From Epithemia pelagica (taxonomy: Eukaryota; Protista; Bacillariophyta): a DNA stretch of 64,000 bases. The stretch is from contig OX337237.1 in the NCBI GenBank assembly GCA_946965045.2, positions 2,170,001-2,234,000 of the forward strand. Reading direction: 5' to 3'. Of the stretch, positions 22,457 through 36,000 are shown in pieces. The notes beneath the pieces were generated by a model. That model searched no databases. It saw nothing but the letters and a program-made list of their open reading frames with translations, and had not been told where the DNA came from. The stretch's first letter is position 1; every line of letters begins with the position of its first letter. A program made the position numbers and the translations under genes.

Positions 22457-24351
22457 TCATTCAGAGTAAGCACCAGGTCCGAACCGGCGTCCATTTGTGC
22501 TACCTCGGTCAGTGCCGCCTGTGCCTCCGCCTGTTCCTGCGTCATTTGCACCTGCCACGGACGGATCCGTTAGCACCGAGGGATCAACACCCCCCGTGTC
22601 TGCCGTATCGATGTCCACATTTCCAATTTCCCGACCACGTCCACGCCCGTCACCACGTCCATCGTTACCACCGCGACCCCAATGTCCCCGTCCGGCATGA
22701 CGACCACCACGGCCACGACCACGGCCGCCAGAATATTGCCGCAGGCGGGCGCGTTCCTGATGGACGTAAGCTTGTCCCGATGGCCCGAGGGTCTCCATCT
22801 CTTGAGAAGAGAATCGCCAATTAACATCGGTGACATCCACACCGTAGAACGTAAAGATGCCGTTGTTCTGCTGTAACCCCGGAAAGGAACGTGCACGGGT
22901 CGGGGAATGTTCAAACGTGTTGGTTTCGGAGATAAAACGATGACGGGCACGATTACCTGTTCCTGGGATGACCTGTGGGTATATTTCCGAAACTTCACGA
23001 GAAATATACGCAATGGCAGCAGCCAAGTCCCCACGGTAATGCGTACGGACAGTACTCTTGATGACGGCGAACTCGGCCGTTGAAATACGAATGTTATCAA
23101 GGAGAATCTTCACTTGGTTAGCACCGGAACGTCGGTTGGGGGTATCGTCCAAGGTGCGAAAGGCCCGAAGTAATTTAGTCGAGTAGGCATCGAAACTAAA
23201 GGCACGTTCGTTGTGGTAAAAGACAGAATTAAGAATTGCTTCGGCCTTGTTGATACGCTTTTCTTTTTGTCCTCCCCCATCATAGTGATCTACTAAGGCT
23301 AACCAAGCGGCGCGTCCATTCTGGGATGCCTGGAATGGTTGTATCCACGTAGCGGGTTGATCACGGGCACGGTCACTGAGTAGACGATAGAATGCCTTGT
23401 TGTCTTCACGAAAGAAAGGCCCGTTGAGGGGGTAGCTGTATAGTTCTTGTTCACGTGTTGTCTGAAATATGTGTCCAGGTAGCACCTCTGGTCGGATAAC
23501 ATAATCTAGAGGAGCTTGTTGCTTGCCAATTATGTGTGACAGGTATGTGGGAAATTCCTTCGACCAATCTTCCCAGCTATCTTCCTTCAAGACTTCGGGC
23601 TTAATGTCAGGCGCCATGTCAGACTCGGCTTTAATTTCCATCTCATCCAGAGAATCAGAGAGAACCACTTGGTCAAAATCAGCTGCAGTGACAGCGCGTC
23701 GTTGTCTTCTGGATCTTGAAGCCCAAAAGCATAGCCCTTGTATGTTCTTGACGACGCTTGTGGGCAGACTTATATTGTTCGGAGCCGGGCGCTTCTCCAA
23801 CCGCGAAGCCAACGACGTCACGTCATCCTTGCTCATCCGCCCGAACACATGGATGGAGTTAAGCCTTTCGACATTTTCTAGAACGTTTATTTCGTTAGCA
23901 TTCGCCCCACAGACTGTGAGGACCAGTCCGACTTGCGAGAGAGCAGGTGGCGGTCCCGCTGGTGGATGCGGGATCGGGGGAGGAGGCGGCGGAGCGCCGC
24001 CGCCGTCACCACCCCCGCCGTCGCCATCTCCGCCTCCATCGCCTCCGCCGCCGTCGCCGCCGCCGTCTCCACCACCGGCAGGAGCGGCAGGAGCACCTCC
24101 GTCCCCAGTTCCAGTACTCCCAGTTCCTGTTCCTCGAGTATTCCCGACTCGCGAACGCGAGCCACCAGTACTACCACCAGTGCCACCATCACCGGGGTTC
24201 CTGTTTTTCTCGCCGCAGGTTTCCGTCCTGCATCTGTCCCCGTACTGGTTCCCCCCGCTGGAACAGCGGTTCCCTGCACATTCCGTGCTTCCGACCCTTC
24301 GGGGTCATTTTCCGGTGGGTTCTTCGTTGCAGCTCTAGTTGCCGTTACCAT
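22457..24351 (-). pseudogene. copia gag with a Gly/Asp/Pro-rich N-terminus, frameshifted
   Basis: ATG at 24351 (MVTATRAAT...). A 1-nt shift near 24200 leads into the GDGG/PPPP frame, which is continuous with ORF 22457..23848 (APLDYVIR, DGGG..KRINKAE). Confidence 0.75.
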
Positions 24352-24395
24352 ATTCCTGTAGTTCCCTTCCCAGTCTCGCTCTGGGTCTGATAAAC

Positions 24396-24537
24396 TGTTT
24401 CGTTCCGTTCGTAACAAGAAGATTAGTAATTATACCTAACGTAACGTGTATCATGCAAAAGTACTAAACCAGTAAACGGTAATTCCCCCAAAGATACTCT
24501 CCAACATCCGGGTAAACCCACCGACCCGAATGAAACA
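24396..24537 (-). repeat. 5' LTR (142 bp) with TGTTTCATTC...GAACGAAACA terminal inverted repeat
   Basis: Direct match to the 3' LTR; 9/10 terminal inverted repeat when extended to 24396. Confidence 0.85.
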
Positions 24538-24644
24538 GGGGGTTGGGGATAACAGATCCTTTTAGATCTTGCGTCACTCTCTTGTCCACATCTCATTTAT
24601 CACACACACCTTACGTGATAGATTTGATCTCGATCCTCTATACC

Positions 24645-26492
24645 ATGGTCAAACCAAAAAACTTTATCAATGATTCTGCAAATGCAGTGGAGGAATTCAT
24701 TGAAGGGCTGTTGATTCAATATCCTAATCACCTTGTCAAACTTCAGAATCACAATGTTGTCATGGCAGCGGTTCGTGACACAAACAAAGTCCAAGTCATT
24801 TGCGGTGGTGGTAGTGGCCATGAGCCTTCTCACGCCGGATATCTGGGTTCGGGAATGATTTCAGCTGCTGTCTGTGGAGGAATGTTTGCTAGTCCGTCTG
24901 TATCCAGTGTTTTGGCCGCAATCCGAGCAACAGCCGCGACCAAGGAAGACAAGAAGTTTACTGGTGTCTTGTTGGTTATCAAAAACTATACTGGAGATCG
25001 TCTAAATTTTGGAATGGCAGCAGAAAAAGCTGGACAAGAAGGAATCAGAGTACAAACGGTTGTTGTTGCCGATGACTGTGCACTGCCACGGAGCAAAGGA
25101 ATCACAGGTGCTCGGGGTGTAGCGGTACGTCAAGAAGTAGCAAATGCTCCTTCTGCTTTTTGTTGATTGCCTCAAAGCAGTTGCTTCTTTTTACCTGTTT
25201 AGGGTACTGTCATTGTCAATAAGGTGGCAGGGTCTGCGGCCGCTGCAGGAAAATCGTTGGATGAAGTGGCGAAGGTGGCTAGAAAGGTATGCAGCAGAAT
25301 GGGTTCGCTTGGTGTAACGCTGAATTCCGTGACGATCCCTGGAGCTGAGTCGGTTAATGATCGACTGGATGAAAAGACGATCGAAATTGGTCTGGGAATT
25401 CACGGAGAAGCAGGAATGAAGCAGTCGCCCCTTCTCTCAGCGGACGAGCTTGCTCGTGAAATGATATCCACCATACACAGTCACGGTCGTGAGCAGGATG
25501 GTGCAATTGTCCCCTTGTTTGGAAAAGGCGACGAGGTTGCTGTTATGGTAAACAATCTTGGTGGAACTTCTAATTTCGAAATGTCCATACTCGCACGATC
25601 ATGTATCAAGTTGTTGGAAAGTAGTGAGTTTGGAGTCCAAGCCAAACGCGTGTACGTCGGATCATTCATGACTTCATTCGATATGCATGGAGCGTCATTG
25701 ACCATTCTTAACGTGACGGACCAAGCCGACATCATAACGCATCTCGATGCGTCAACAACCGCTCCCGCATGGGCATCATGCGACATCTGGTCCGATGGAT
25801 CTGCTCGACCGTCTGCGACGAAACTACCTGAAATCATTGTGGACGAGAAAGTGGCAGAACTGAATTGCCCACCTCTTCAGATTGATGGCTTTTCGCAGAT
25901 TGCCCAAAAGATGCTAGTGTCAGCGACTGGTAAGCTTGCGGATGCAGAGCCTATCTTAACAAAATACGATACAGTAGTTGGCGATGGCGACTGCGGAATA
26001 ACGATGAAACGGGGAGCACAGGAGATTTCGGGCCGTATTGAAAAGGGCACAATCCCAACTGATCATCCCGTAACGATGCTGAGTGCATTAGCAGATGCTG
26101 TTTCGGCTTCCATGGGAGGAACATCCGGTGTACTTTTGGAACTAATGTTTCGGAAAATGTCCTCCTTTTTGAGTTTTTGTCCCTCCATTGGAGTGGTCGA
26201 AATGGGCAAGGCGGTCCAAGCTGGTGTTGATGCGGTAAGTCTCTATGGAGGCGCTCACGTTGGTTCACGAACCATGCTTGATGCATTAGTTCCTGCTGCG
26301 ATGGCCTTGATGACTAGTGGCTTGGCGGCAGCTTCTACCAAAGCGAGGGAAGGAGCAGACAGCACGGCCAAGATGGCGACCGCTTCTGCAGGACGCTCAA
26401 ATTATCTCTCTGAAGATGTATTGTCAGGGACTCCAGACCCTGGTGCTGTGGCTGTTGCATTGGTCCTGGAAGCAGTGGTTGCTGCTTTGTAA
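24645..26492 (+). CDS. DAK: Dihydroxyacetone kinase / triokinase-FMN cyclase (DhaK+DhaL), 2 exons
   Basis: GGGSGHEPSHAG, KNYTGDRLNFG, GIHGEAG, GDGDCG, RTMLDAL. GT-AG intron 25125-25202 restores GVAGTV. Confidence 0.95.
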
Positions 26493-27164
26493 TCTGGTTC
26501 GAAACTGGATAATGGACATCAAAAGAACGTTGTATACTAATTATCGTGTTACAACTGACACCCAGGACGAGGAATAACCCACAGTTAAGCAACTATGTTT
26601 CTGATATACGTATTTATCCAATTCTGTTGAGCTTCCTGGAGACATGATATCGGTGAATCTTCTGGCAAACAAGATGCGATTTGTTTCCATATTAAGAGAC
26701 ACTGATATGCTTGGAGCATAAGACATCTTCCTCCAAGTCCACATACCACGACCACATCAGGCCACAAAGTTCTTTGTCGCCCTTACCCTCTAGCTACGAT
26801 ACCTTAGGTACCTAGTAAGCATAAGCTAAGGGAATCCGAAATCCGACATCCCCAGTAGCTAGGAAATACAACCAATGTAGTATTTTCTCCAGTAGGCTCT
26901 AGGTGAAGGCAGTAGACGAGGTTGTGGTATTGCGCGAGCACATAGTGGTATCTACACACTGCCCTCTTAGGACTACTGTGGTACATCATACAACCAACTG
27001 TCGTACTTTTGGCTGTTTTTTTAAGGCCGTAAAAGACAACTAGTTTGACGCACGTACTGTGGATAAAAGTACAGTCAATACAACCTTACAACCAACCATC
27101 ACAAATTCAAGAGAGCGACAATCATCCCTACTGGCGAACAACAAATTTCTACAAGACAAACAGG

Positions 27165-29357
27165 ATGCCTCGAACCAAGAATGACTACAAACCCTACCTT
27201 GTTGCAATGATGAGCCATCGGGATGGACGGACCTACAGCCGAGGAACGCAGTTCTCAAGGGAGCAGTTGTTGCGACTCAAACCAGTAGACATAGTGAGAT
27301 GGATGAATTTCAAGACGTTTGGGGTTGATGATCCACCAATTGATGCCAATCCAACACATGCACGCTCATCATCAATACTATATTGGAAGAAGGCCATTTC
27401 ATCGTTCATGCCATGCCGACTTCCGCACTGGAATGAAGAATGTATGTCCGGCAACCCAACAAAGTCCCAAGAGGTTAATGACCTTATTACGCGCGTGAGA
27501 AAGAAGGAAGTTCGCAAGCAAGGAGTTGAGTCGAAAGCTCGCCGTCCTTTGACCGAGGGTGAGTTCCGCCAGGTGCAGATCATCCTTCGAGAGAGTCCAG
27601 AGAATGGCCACATAACTCGGTATGGCATACCAGGTTTTGTGAATTTTCTAAGTCACATGATTGCACGCCCTGACTGCGTGAGCCAGTGGAAAAAAGAGCT
27701 CCTAGAGCCACATGATGTTTATCCTGAGTTTTCTGTCAAGGCGCAACTCTCATGGGCTAAGAATGTGCAACAAGAGGGAGACGCACCATGGCAGATTGTT
27801 CTTGGCTCTCGGGATCCATTTTTCTGTGTTTTCATTGGCCTTGCCATATGGCTTGAGTTTTATCTATCAAGTCAATCGGGCCCTTTATTGACTCCCTATG
27901 TTTTCGCATTCACAACGGACACAAGAGTACCCAAAGGAGGTGAAGCAACAAATGACTATGTCCGAGAAGTGCTGACCAAACTCTATGCCAGCAGTGAATT
28001 TGTTAGAGAGCGTGGTGGGCTATTGGGAGCTTATAGTATACGCAAATTTGGCTCAACAAGAGCTAGGCGAGGAGGTGCATCAAAGGATGAAAAGGACTAT
28101 AGAGGTCGCTGGAAGAAGAATCGCCGCGTTTCGGATGTATATGATGACGCTGAACTGCCATACCCAGATGGCAAGGTTGCGGCATTGTTGTGTCCAGGAG
28201 GACCCTGCAGCTACCGAATCAAGACAAACAGTTGTGTCACGAATGATTGGATACTAGATCATGTTGTGCCATCTATTGCTGGCTCTGTGTACGGAAGGAC
28301 TTTAGCTACAATTTTGGGGAAGGCTCTTCTATGGGTAATTTTTTCAGACAAGAAACACTGGGTCCCTCCAGCAATTGTTGCCCGCGTAACTGATGCCTAT
28401 AGAGAGCTTGTGGGTGAAGAGGATACATCAGGAGCCCTTGCTAATCCTGTGGAAAAGAAACTTCTTGTTGTCACTGGTGATGACGCAACGCTTGTCATAA
28501 CCGAAATCAATGCGACACCAGCTGCTGCATCACTTGGGGTTTCAACAGCTCCTGCACCAGCGCAAGACAATAATGTTGAAGGGCAAGCGCCCATTCCGAA
28601 TGATGAACCACCCTTGCAGCAACCAGTTGTCTTGGGAGGACACATGGAGAGCCAGACTTCCCGGCAACTGCTTCATACGATTGTCAACCAACTCAACACA
28701 ATCCAGTCTTCTATGTCAGCAATGGCTGAATCCATTGTAGAAGGAAGAGAAACTGACAGAGCAATGATGCAGAGTCAGTTTCGAATCGTTCACTCAAACA
28801 TGCGCCCTGTTTCTCAGGAACCACTCCGCCTCTTGCGTCGTGCAATACGAGGAAACAATCAACAAAATGGAAATCAAAGAAACAATCATGCCAACAATAA
28901 TAATGAGAACAATGCACCAGTATATCAGAATAATTTTGGTGGTAATGGTGCTGGTGGTGCTGTTCTTGCGGGTGGACAGCCACTTGGTGAGCAGCATGGT
29001 GCAGAAAATTTTGATGGTGATGCTGTCGGAGTGGCAAACCCACTAGTGCTTGCAGAGCTTTCTCCAACTCCAAGAAACTTGTACACTCTCTGGGAGGAAT
29101 ACATGGTAGGGATTGGTGGTAGAAAACCTGCAAGGATGTTTAGCAGACAGGAAAGAGGCCGGTGTAAGCACAAGTATCACAGAAGAAAAATTGTTTGGGA
29201 TCGGATTGCACTGTTAATCAATGCTGGACTTACTTCACACATGGCCTGTGACAGAATTTATGATGTGTATGGCCATGGAGCCACGGTCACAACAATCATC
29301 AATGCTCTCAAGAAAGATATTAGAGAGAATTCACTTGATGACAGGTTAAGAGTATGA
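27165..29357 (+). mobile_element. Crypton-like tyrosine recombinase with a C-terminal GCR1_C-like domain
   Basis: YR-type residues MIARPD, (H>Y)SIRK, RGRW, DVY. C-terminal LWEEYMVGIGGRKPARMF...KYHRRKIVWDRI. Element ends not identified. Confidence 0.75.
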
Positions 29358-29925
29358 TTGTTGCTGCGGCTTCACCTGAAACTAGACTTTTATGTAATCT
29401 ATGCTACCTGGACATGGAGTATCTTGATTGATGAGGGGATAGCCTAGCAAGATATTGCCAGTAGGAAATCTCCGTACACCATACATACGAGAACTTGTGT
29501 ACTGTCTCTACACGGTTGCATTATTTGTTGCATTCGTTCACACTACCAAAGGAGTAGGAGTCTACTCCTAGCTAGGAGTACGTTGGTAGGAGTAGGTAGC
29601 TGTAGACTATGAGTGGCAAACTTTCCATGGGTAGTTTTTCTCTACTCTCTACTGTATACAATACTGTACAGTACGGATTGCGGACAGACATGAGACATTG
29701 CAGAAAGCCGGACGGAGTGCGGACGTCGTCGAAGACTGCGACCTGCGACGCGCTTTCGCCCTCGCAAAAGACCCAAGGACAATTGACAGGGATTTGTCTC
29801 TGTTAAAATACCCCGAAGGAGACCAAAGACGAAGCCACAACCACGATATCGAAGGGTTTGTGGATTGAAGAGACAAAACGTTTTGAAGCGGTGTGTGTCA
29901 GAGACCTTGCTGACACACTCTGCAG

Positions 29926-31727
29926 ATGGGAAACGAGCCTTCCAAAAAACACACTGCTGCTGATACTGCTGGTGGTGGAGGAAATCGTCGCCGCTCTGGT
30001 GGTCGGCAAGCGGGAGGAGGCACCAAGCATGTTCAGATCGACCCAACAGTAAATATTCAAGATCATTCCAAGAATAAGACAACAGCGAAACAGAATAACG
30101 ATACCAAAACTGGACACGAAGGAAGAAACACTGGTAAAAAGCAGTATAAAATGGAAGAGTCAGCCCATACTTTCGCTCCTAGCTCCCACAGCGTGTCGGG
30201 TCACTTTCGACGAGGGGCTTCTCCTGTGATGGTGACAGATGCATTGGGAGATGTACGGGTCAATTATCACATTGAGTCAAAAGAATTGGGGCATGGCCAC
30301 TACGGTGTTGTACGAAAATGCATGCATCGGGATTCGGGCAACTGGTATGCGATCAAATCCATTCGCAAAGCCAAAGTCTCTAAAATTGAAGTCCTAAAGC
30401 GAGAGATCGAGATTCTCAAAGAAGTGAAACATCCACACATTATTGAGCTCGTAGAGGTCTTTGAAGACGAACGATACTTGCACTTGATTACAGAATTGTG
30501 TACCGGCGGAGAACTTTTCGATCGGATTATTGCAAAAACACAATCCGCAGAAGGTCATTTTTCAGAGAAAGATGCTGCTTCGTTGGTCAGGGATATTTTG
30601 GATGCCATTGCGTATTGCCATGATGAAAAACAGATTGTCCATCGTGACTTGAAACCAGAAAATTTTCTGTTTCTCACTGGGGAAGAAGATTCTCCAATCA
30701 AGATTATTGATTTTGGCCTGAGTAGACATGATGACGCTGCACTGGGAATCATGCAAACCAAAGTGGGAAGTAAGTAGGCAGAAAAGAGCTTTTGATGGCG
30801 CACTGCGAGGGTTTGACCTGGATACCTCACGTGCTCTTGCTTTCGTCAGCGCCATACTATGTTGCACCGGAAGTTCTACGTCGTGAATATACCAAAAGCT
30901 GCGATATTTGGTCGATTGGTGTTATTACATATATTCTTTTGTGTGGGTACCCGCCGTTTTATGGTGATTCGGATACCCAAATTTTTGAGTCGGTCAAGAT
31001 TGGAAGATTTGATTTTCCGTCACCAGAATGGGACGAGATCAGTCAGTCGGCAAAGGATTTTGTTATAGCATTGTTGAAGAAGGATCCACAGGAAAGACCG
31101 ACGGCTGCGAATGCCCTAGTACATACTTGGTTAAAAGAGCAGTTAGGTGTAACGAATGAGCTGAGAACATCCGGAATCTTACATCGAAGCGTTCGTACTG
31201 GTGAGTTTACCAAATATTTGGCCATGAAAAAGCTCAAGAAGGCAGCACTCGGATATATTGCGTCAAACTTGACACAAGCTGAGGTTGGAGAGTTGGAGAA
31301 AATATTTAAAGCAATGGATAAGAATGGGGATGGTCGAATTACGTTGATTGATTTGGACGAAGCCATTGAAAAGGGGAAATTTAGTGCTCAAATGAGCCAT
31401 GATTTGAAGACTCTACGGTACGATTTATCGCTTTCAGATGAGGATCAATTGAATTATCGAGATTTTCTCGCAGCTACTATGGATGGTAATTTGGCGTTGA
31501 GGGAAGATAATGTCCGAATGGCGTTTAACCATTTCCGGCACAATACCGACGTGGATTATTTGATCAAGGAGGATCTGGCAGAAATATTTGGGGCAGATGC
31601 ACATGCGCGTGATGTAATGGCCTTGTTAGATCACGATGGTGATGGTAAGGTTTCATTCGAAGACTTTCGGCATGCCATGGCTGAAAGCTTGGAAGATGAT
31701 GGCGAAGATGATGTTGATATTCAGTAG
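29926..31727 (+). CDS. CDPK: Calcium-dependent protein kinase, 2 exons
   Basis: GHGHYG, AIK, HRDLKPEN, DFG. Intron 30770-30849 gives GTPYYVAPE. EF-hands DKNGDGRITLID and DHDGDGKVSFED; N-terminal MGxxxS. Confidence 0.95.
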
Positions 31728-32118
31728 CAGTAACCTAAGTATGAAATAATGAATTACCTAGGTAGTGCCCCCAGAAAATAGTACTTGTTTGTAGACGTCC
31801 CTCGTCCCTAAACAGACCGGAATGTCTGGTCTATTGGTGCACAAGCGAAGAAAAGTCTTCGTGTAAGTAAGAATAAAGCTACCGTAAGAGTGAACGAATG
31901 TGACGAATGATGAAACCCCGGTCTACGTTCCCAGGTTCCCGGCTCATGAAATAAAAAATTAGAATATTGATCCACAATTATAGTTATAGTATGTACTCGT
32001 TCCCAACTGCACTCCAAAACAACAGCGGGGAGAGCCAAGCAGTATCACCGCGATTCAATCATCAGAAAACTCCCTCTTATACCAATAAACTGGTCCGGTG
32101 CCATGATTCGTAGACATC

Positions 32119-32615
<497 letters not shown>

Positions 32616-33085
32616 CTAGAAGAAAGGAAGAGAGAGTATGAAGTAGACGTAAGAAAGAAGTTTTTCAAAGAAGGGAAATTTCAGAAGAAAGAACGTAAAA
32701 GGTCACACAGCACAACGAGAGAGTACTCTTCAAACATTTACAACGCATAATCCAAAGTCCACCGTTGTCAGATGAATGACTCAAGGGCATTATCCAGACA
32801 CCAAAGTCGTTGAAGCGATGACTTTATCATGATCATGACATACCTTGTTGGTGTTTCTGAACCGGGCTGCTGTCAAAATTATGGCCTTGTTGTTGTGGCA
32901 GCAACATTGCAGTCGTGGAACGAACGACCAGTCCGGGCCAAAACCTGAGGCGGTGCTGGCGCTCGCGCCAGTCATCGTCATGATTTTGGCCCAGGGTCTC
33001 CGGCAGAACTCGTGACTAAATTGCTTCTAAGATCTACGAGCGACTGAAAAATGTGATTCTTTCGTAAGAAACGTCAGATTGGCTC

Positions 33086-36000
33086 ATAGTAAGGCTCTGG
33101 TCACAGAGCACGACCTTGATCCCAATACCGAAGAAGGGCAACAATTAAACCGACAGCGGCAAGATTTGATTCAGTGGCAAGTGGACATTATTAACCTTGC
33201 AATCAAGAATTCTTACTCTCTTGAGCGTTGGAAGCATATTGTGAATGTCATGATTCCCAAGGAATCTGGGAACCGAAAGATTCATCGATTACGAGTCATC
33301 CACATATATGAGCAAGATTACAATTTGATCTTGGCTCTTAAGTGGCGGTCTCTTATTCAAACAGGAGTGAAACAACAATTAATCAACGACTCTCAGTTCG
33401 GAGCTGTTCCGGGAAAAGACGCTATCATTCCAACCATGATAGAAGAGTATCAATACGAGATTAGCAGAGCAAGCAAAAGACCATTGGTGCATCTTGACTA
33501 CGATGCTACCGCCTGTTATGACCGGATCATAATGAATTTCGGCAGTTTGGTCTCTCGGAGCTTTGGCCAACATCGGTTGATAGTGTTTATAAACGCAAAA
33601 ACACTGGAAGAGGCAAGGTACTATTTAAAAACACAACTTGGAGTCTCGGAGCGGTGGTACAAGCATTGCACAATCCACCCGATCTACGGTTCCGGCCAAG
33701 GCGCCGGGAATTCGCCAGCCATCTGGTGTATTATTAGTTCAGTTCTCTTTGACACCTACGAGTCACGAGCATATGGCGCATCCTTTCAGTCACCTGATGG
33801 GCAAGTCAAAGTGAGGATTTTTATGATTGGCTTTGTTGATGATACGAGTGGAAGCATCAACGATTTCCTGCTCCCAGAGCCCGCCTCCCCTGAACACTAT
33901 ATTCAACGGGCCACATGCGATGCACAACGTTGGAGCAATGTCCTTTCTCTCTCTGGAGGAGGACTACAAAAGACAAAATGCTCTTATCATTTCCTGTACT
34001 ACAAGTTTACCATTGATGGTTTAGCCGTGTTGCAGGATGGAGAATTTGGGCCCAAGATTGAGATCGAGTTCGAATCAGGAGAATCACCACGGCCACTCAA
34101 ACAACTCTCTGCTTATTCAAGTCACAAAACATTAGGAGTCCAAAAGGCTCCAAGTTCTACTAACAAAGGACTGTTTGAGTCTCTCCGAAAGAAAAACAAG
34201 AAACACACTGAAGTCATGGCTCGTAGCCCATTTACCCCGACTGACGCATGGGCTTACTACCATTCGATTTACTTACCCAGCATATGCTACCCCTTTCCGT
34301 CTTCATCGCTATCCAAAGAGAATTGCTTGAGACTACAGAGGGAATTCAAAGTCGCTTTCCTTCCCAAATTTGGTGTCAACCGTTGCACTCCAAATGCAGT
34401 CGTGTATGGCGCGGCTGATTATGGAGGTTTGTCCCTTCGCGATCTATCGGTAGAACACGGGATTTCTCAAGTTTATATGTTTCTCGCCACGATTCGCCCA
34501 TGCGGCGTTGCTTCCGATTTGGCTTCGATCATGCTCTCTTGGGGGCAATATCTAGCTGGCACGAGTGCACCGATCTTGATGGATATTCACCGACGTCTTC
34601 CCCACATGGACCCAATGCAATGGTTACCTTCTATGCGACAATTTCTCCATTCCGTTGACTGTCAGATTGAAGTAGGCTTGGACTTTGTGCCTAATCTTCA
34701 ACGGGATCATGATCTGTTCTTGATGGACTATGCCACCGAGGCGAACTACACTGATGGTGAATTGAAGTTGGTGAATGCTTGTCGTCTTTATCTTGGAGTG
34801 GTGTTGCTCAGTGATATTGTCACTCCTGATGGGACAGTCCTTACTCAAGAGTGTATTCAAGGAAAGCGCTCGTCTCATTCTACTCCAAAAGGCTTGCTTC
34901 CCTATCAACAACGGCCAGGTCCTCGTGCTTGGCAGCTCTGGCGCAAGTTCTTACGATTGTTCACAATTTCGACTTCGAAGAATCGTCTTTTGCACCCTCT
35001 CGGTCCTTGGATCGTGACAGGCAACAATACACTCCGACAATGGCATTGTTATTTTTCTATCCCAACTGTTCAACTCTTTGTCTTTCATGATGACAGATAT
35101 GATGTGTATGCTCCGTTAATGCGTGGCCGTTTTGTCAATACTGGAATCACAGTTACCAGTCTCCCCGCTACGTCTGTACCAGCTGTCACGCGTTCTGAAT
35201 CCTTTGGGATTCTTGGTCTCCTTTCAGTGTCTCCGGCAAACCTACCTCCTCCACCACCTGTTCCCACTACTTTACTCCAACATATAACAAGACTACCGCC
35301 GTGGGAACGAGATCTGCTTCGTGGCGTTCAACTCATTGCAACAATTGAAACGGTTGCTCAATTTTTCCAATCTACCAGCTCTGATGCTACACCGATTCAT
35401 CTTTGCAGCGACGGGTCTGCCCCGTTGTTTCATGGTTCGTTTGGTTGTGTCTGTAGTACCGATAATGGGATGGAACTGTTTACTCTTCTTGGACCGGCAC
35501 CAGGTTTCCGCACTTCCTCCTTTCGGGCCGAAAGTTACGGTCTGCTCTCTGTGCTGCAATTCGTATTTCGCTTCTGTGAGTATCAGGGCATATCTCTTCC
35601 GAGTCACCTCAGGTTGTATACTGATTCAAAGAGTGCAATTCAGACAATGACTACGCGCTTGGAATGGAACTCTGACTTTCCTTACACCACCATGTCACCG
35701 GAGTGGGATCTACACCAGGCCATCACTACCGCCATTCGACGTTTCCCTAATCCACCACTATGTCAACATGTCAAAGGACATCAAGATCGACGAGTCCCGT
35801 TAGACACTTTGTCTCTTCCTGCTCAACTGAATGTTAAGGCTGATCTTCTCGCGTCGCAATTCACTTATCCGTCCGAGATGTCCTCGACTCATGCTCCTCT
35901 GATCAGCGGGGCAACGGCAATTTTGCACGGCCCGAACGGTACTATCAACTCCAATTACCGTCAAGTACTGCGACGTCTCGCGTCTGACCCTGCAATGATT

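Larger units (their letters stand above)
18163..24537 (-). mobile_element. Ty1/copia LTR retrotransposon (diatom CoDi-like), decayed
   Basis: Two matching LTRs, a GGGGG 5-bp TSD (18158-18162 and 24538-24542), and gag-PR-IN-RT-RH order. Confidence 0.92.

Noticed and set aside
23523-24390. Pro-rich plus-strand ORFs
   Set aside because: Antisense shadows of the GC-rich gag N-terminus.
24396-24407. Self-priming PBS complementary to the LTR start
   Set aside because: Better explained as the terminal inverted repeat of the 5' LTR itself.
31900-31980. Possible box C/D snoRNA (ATGATGA)
   Set aside because: No convincing CTGA box D or terminal stem.
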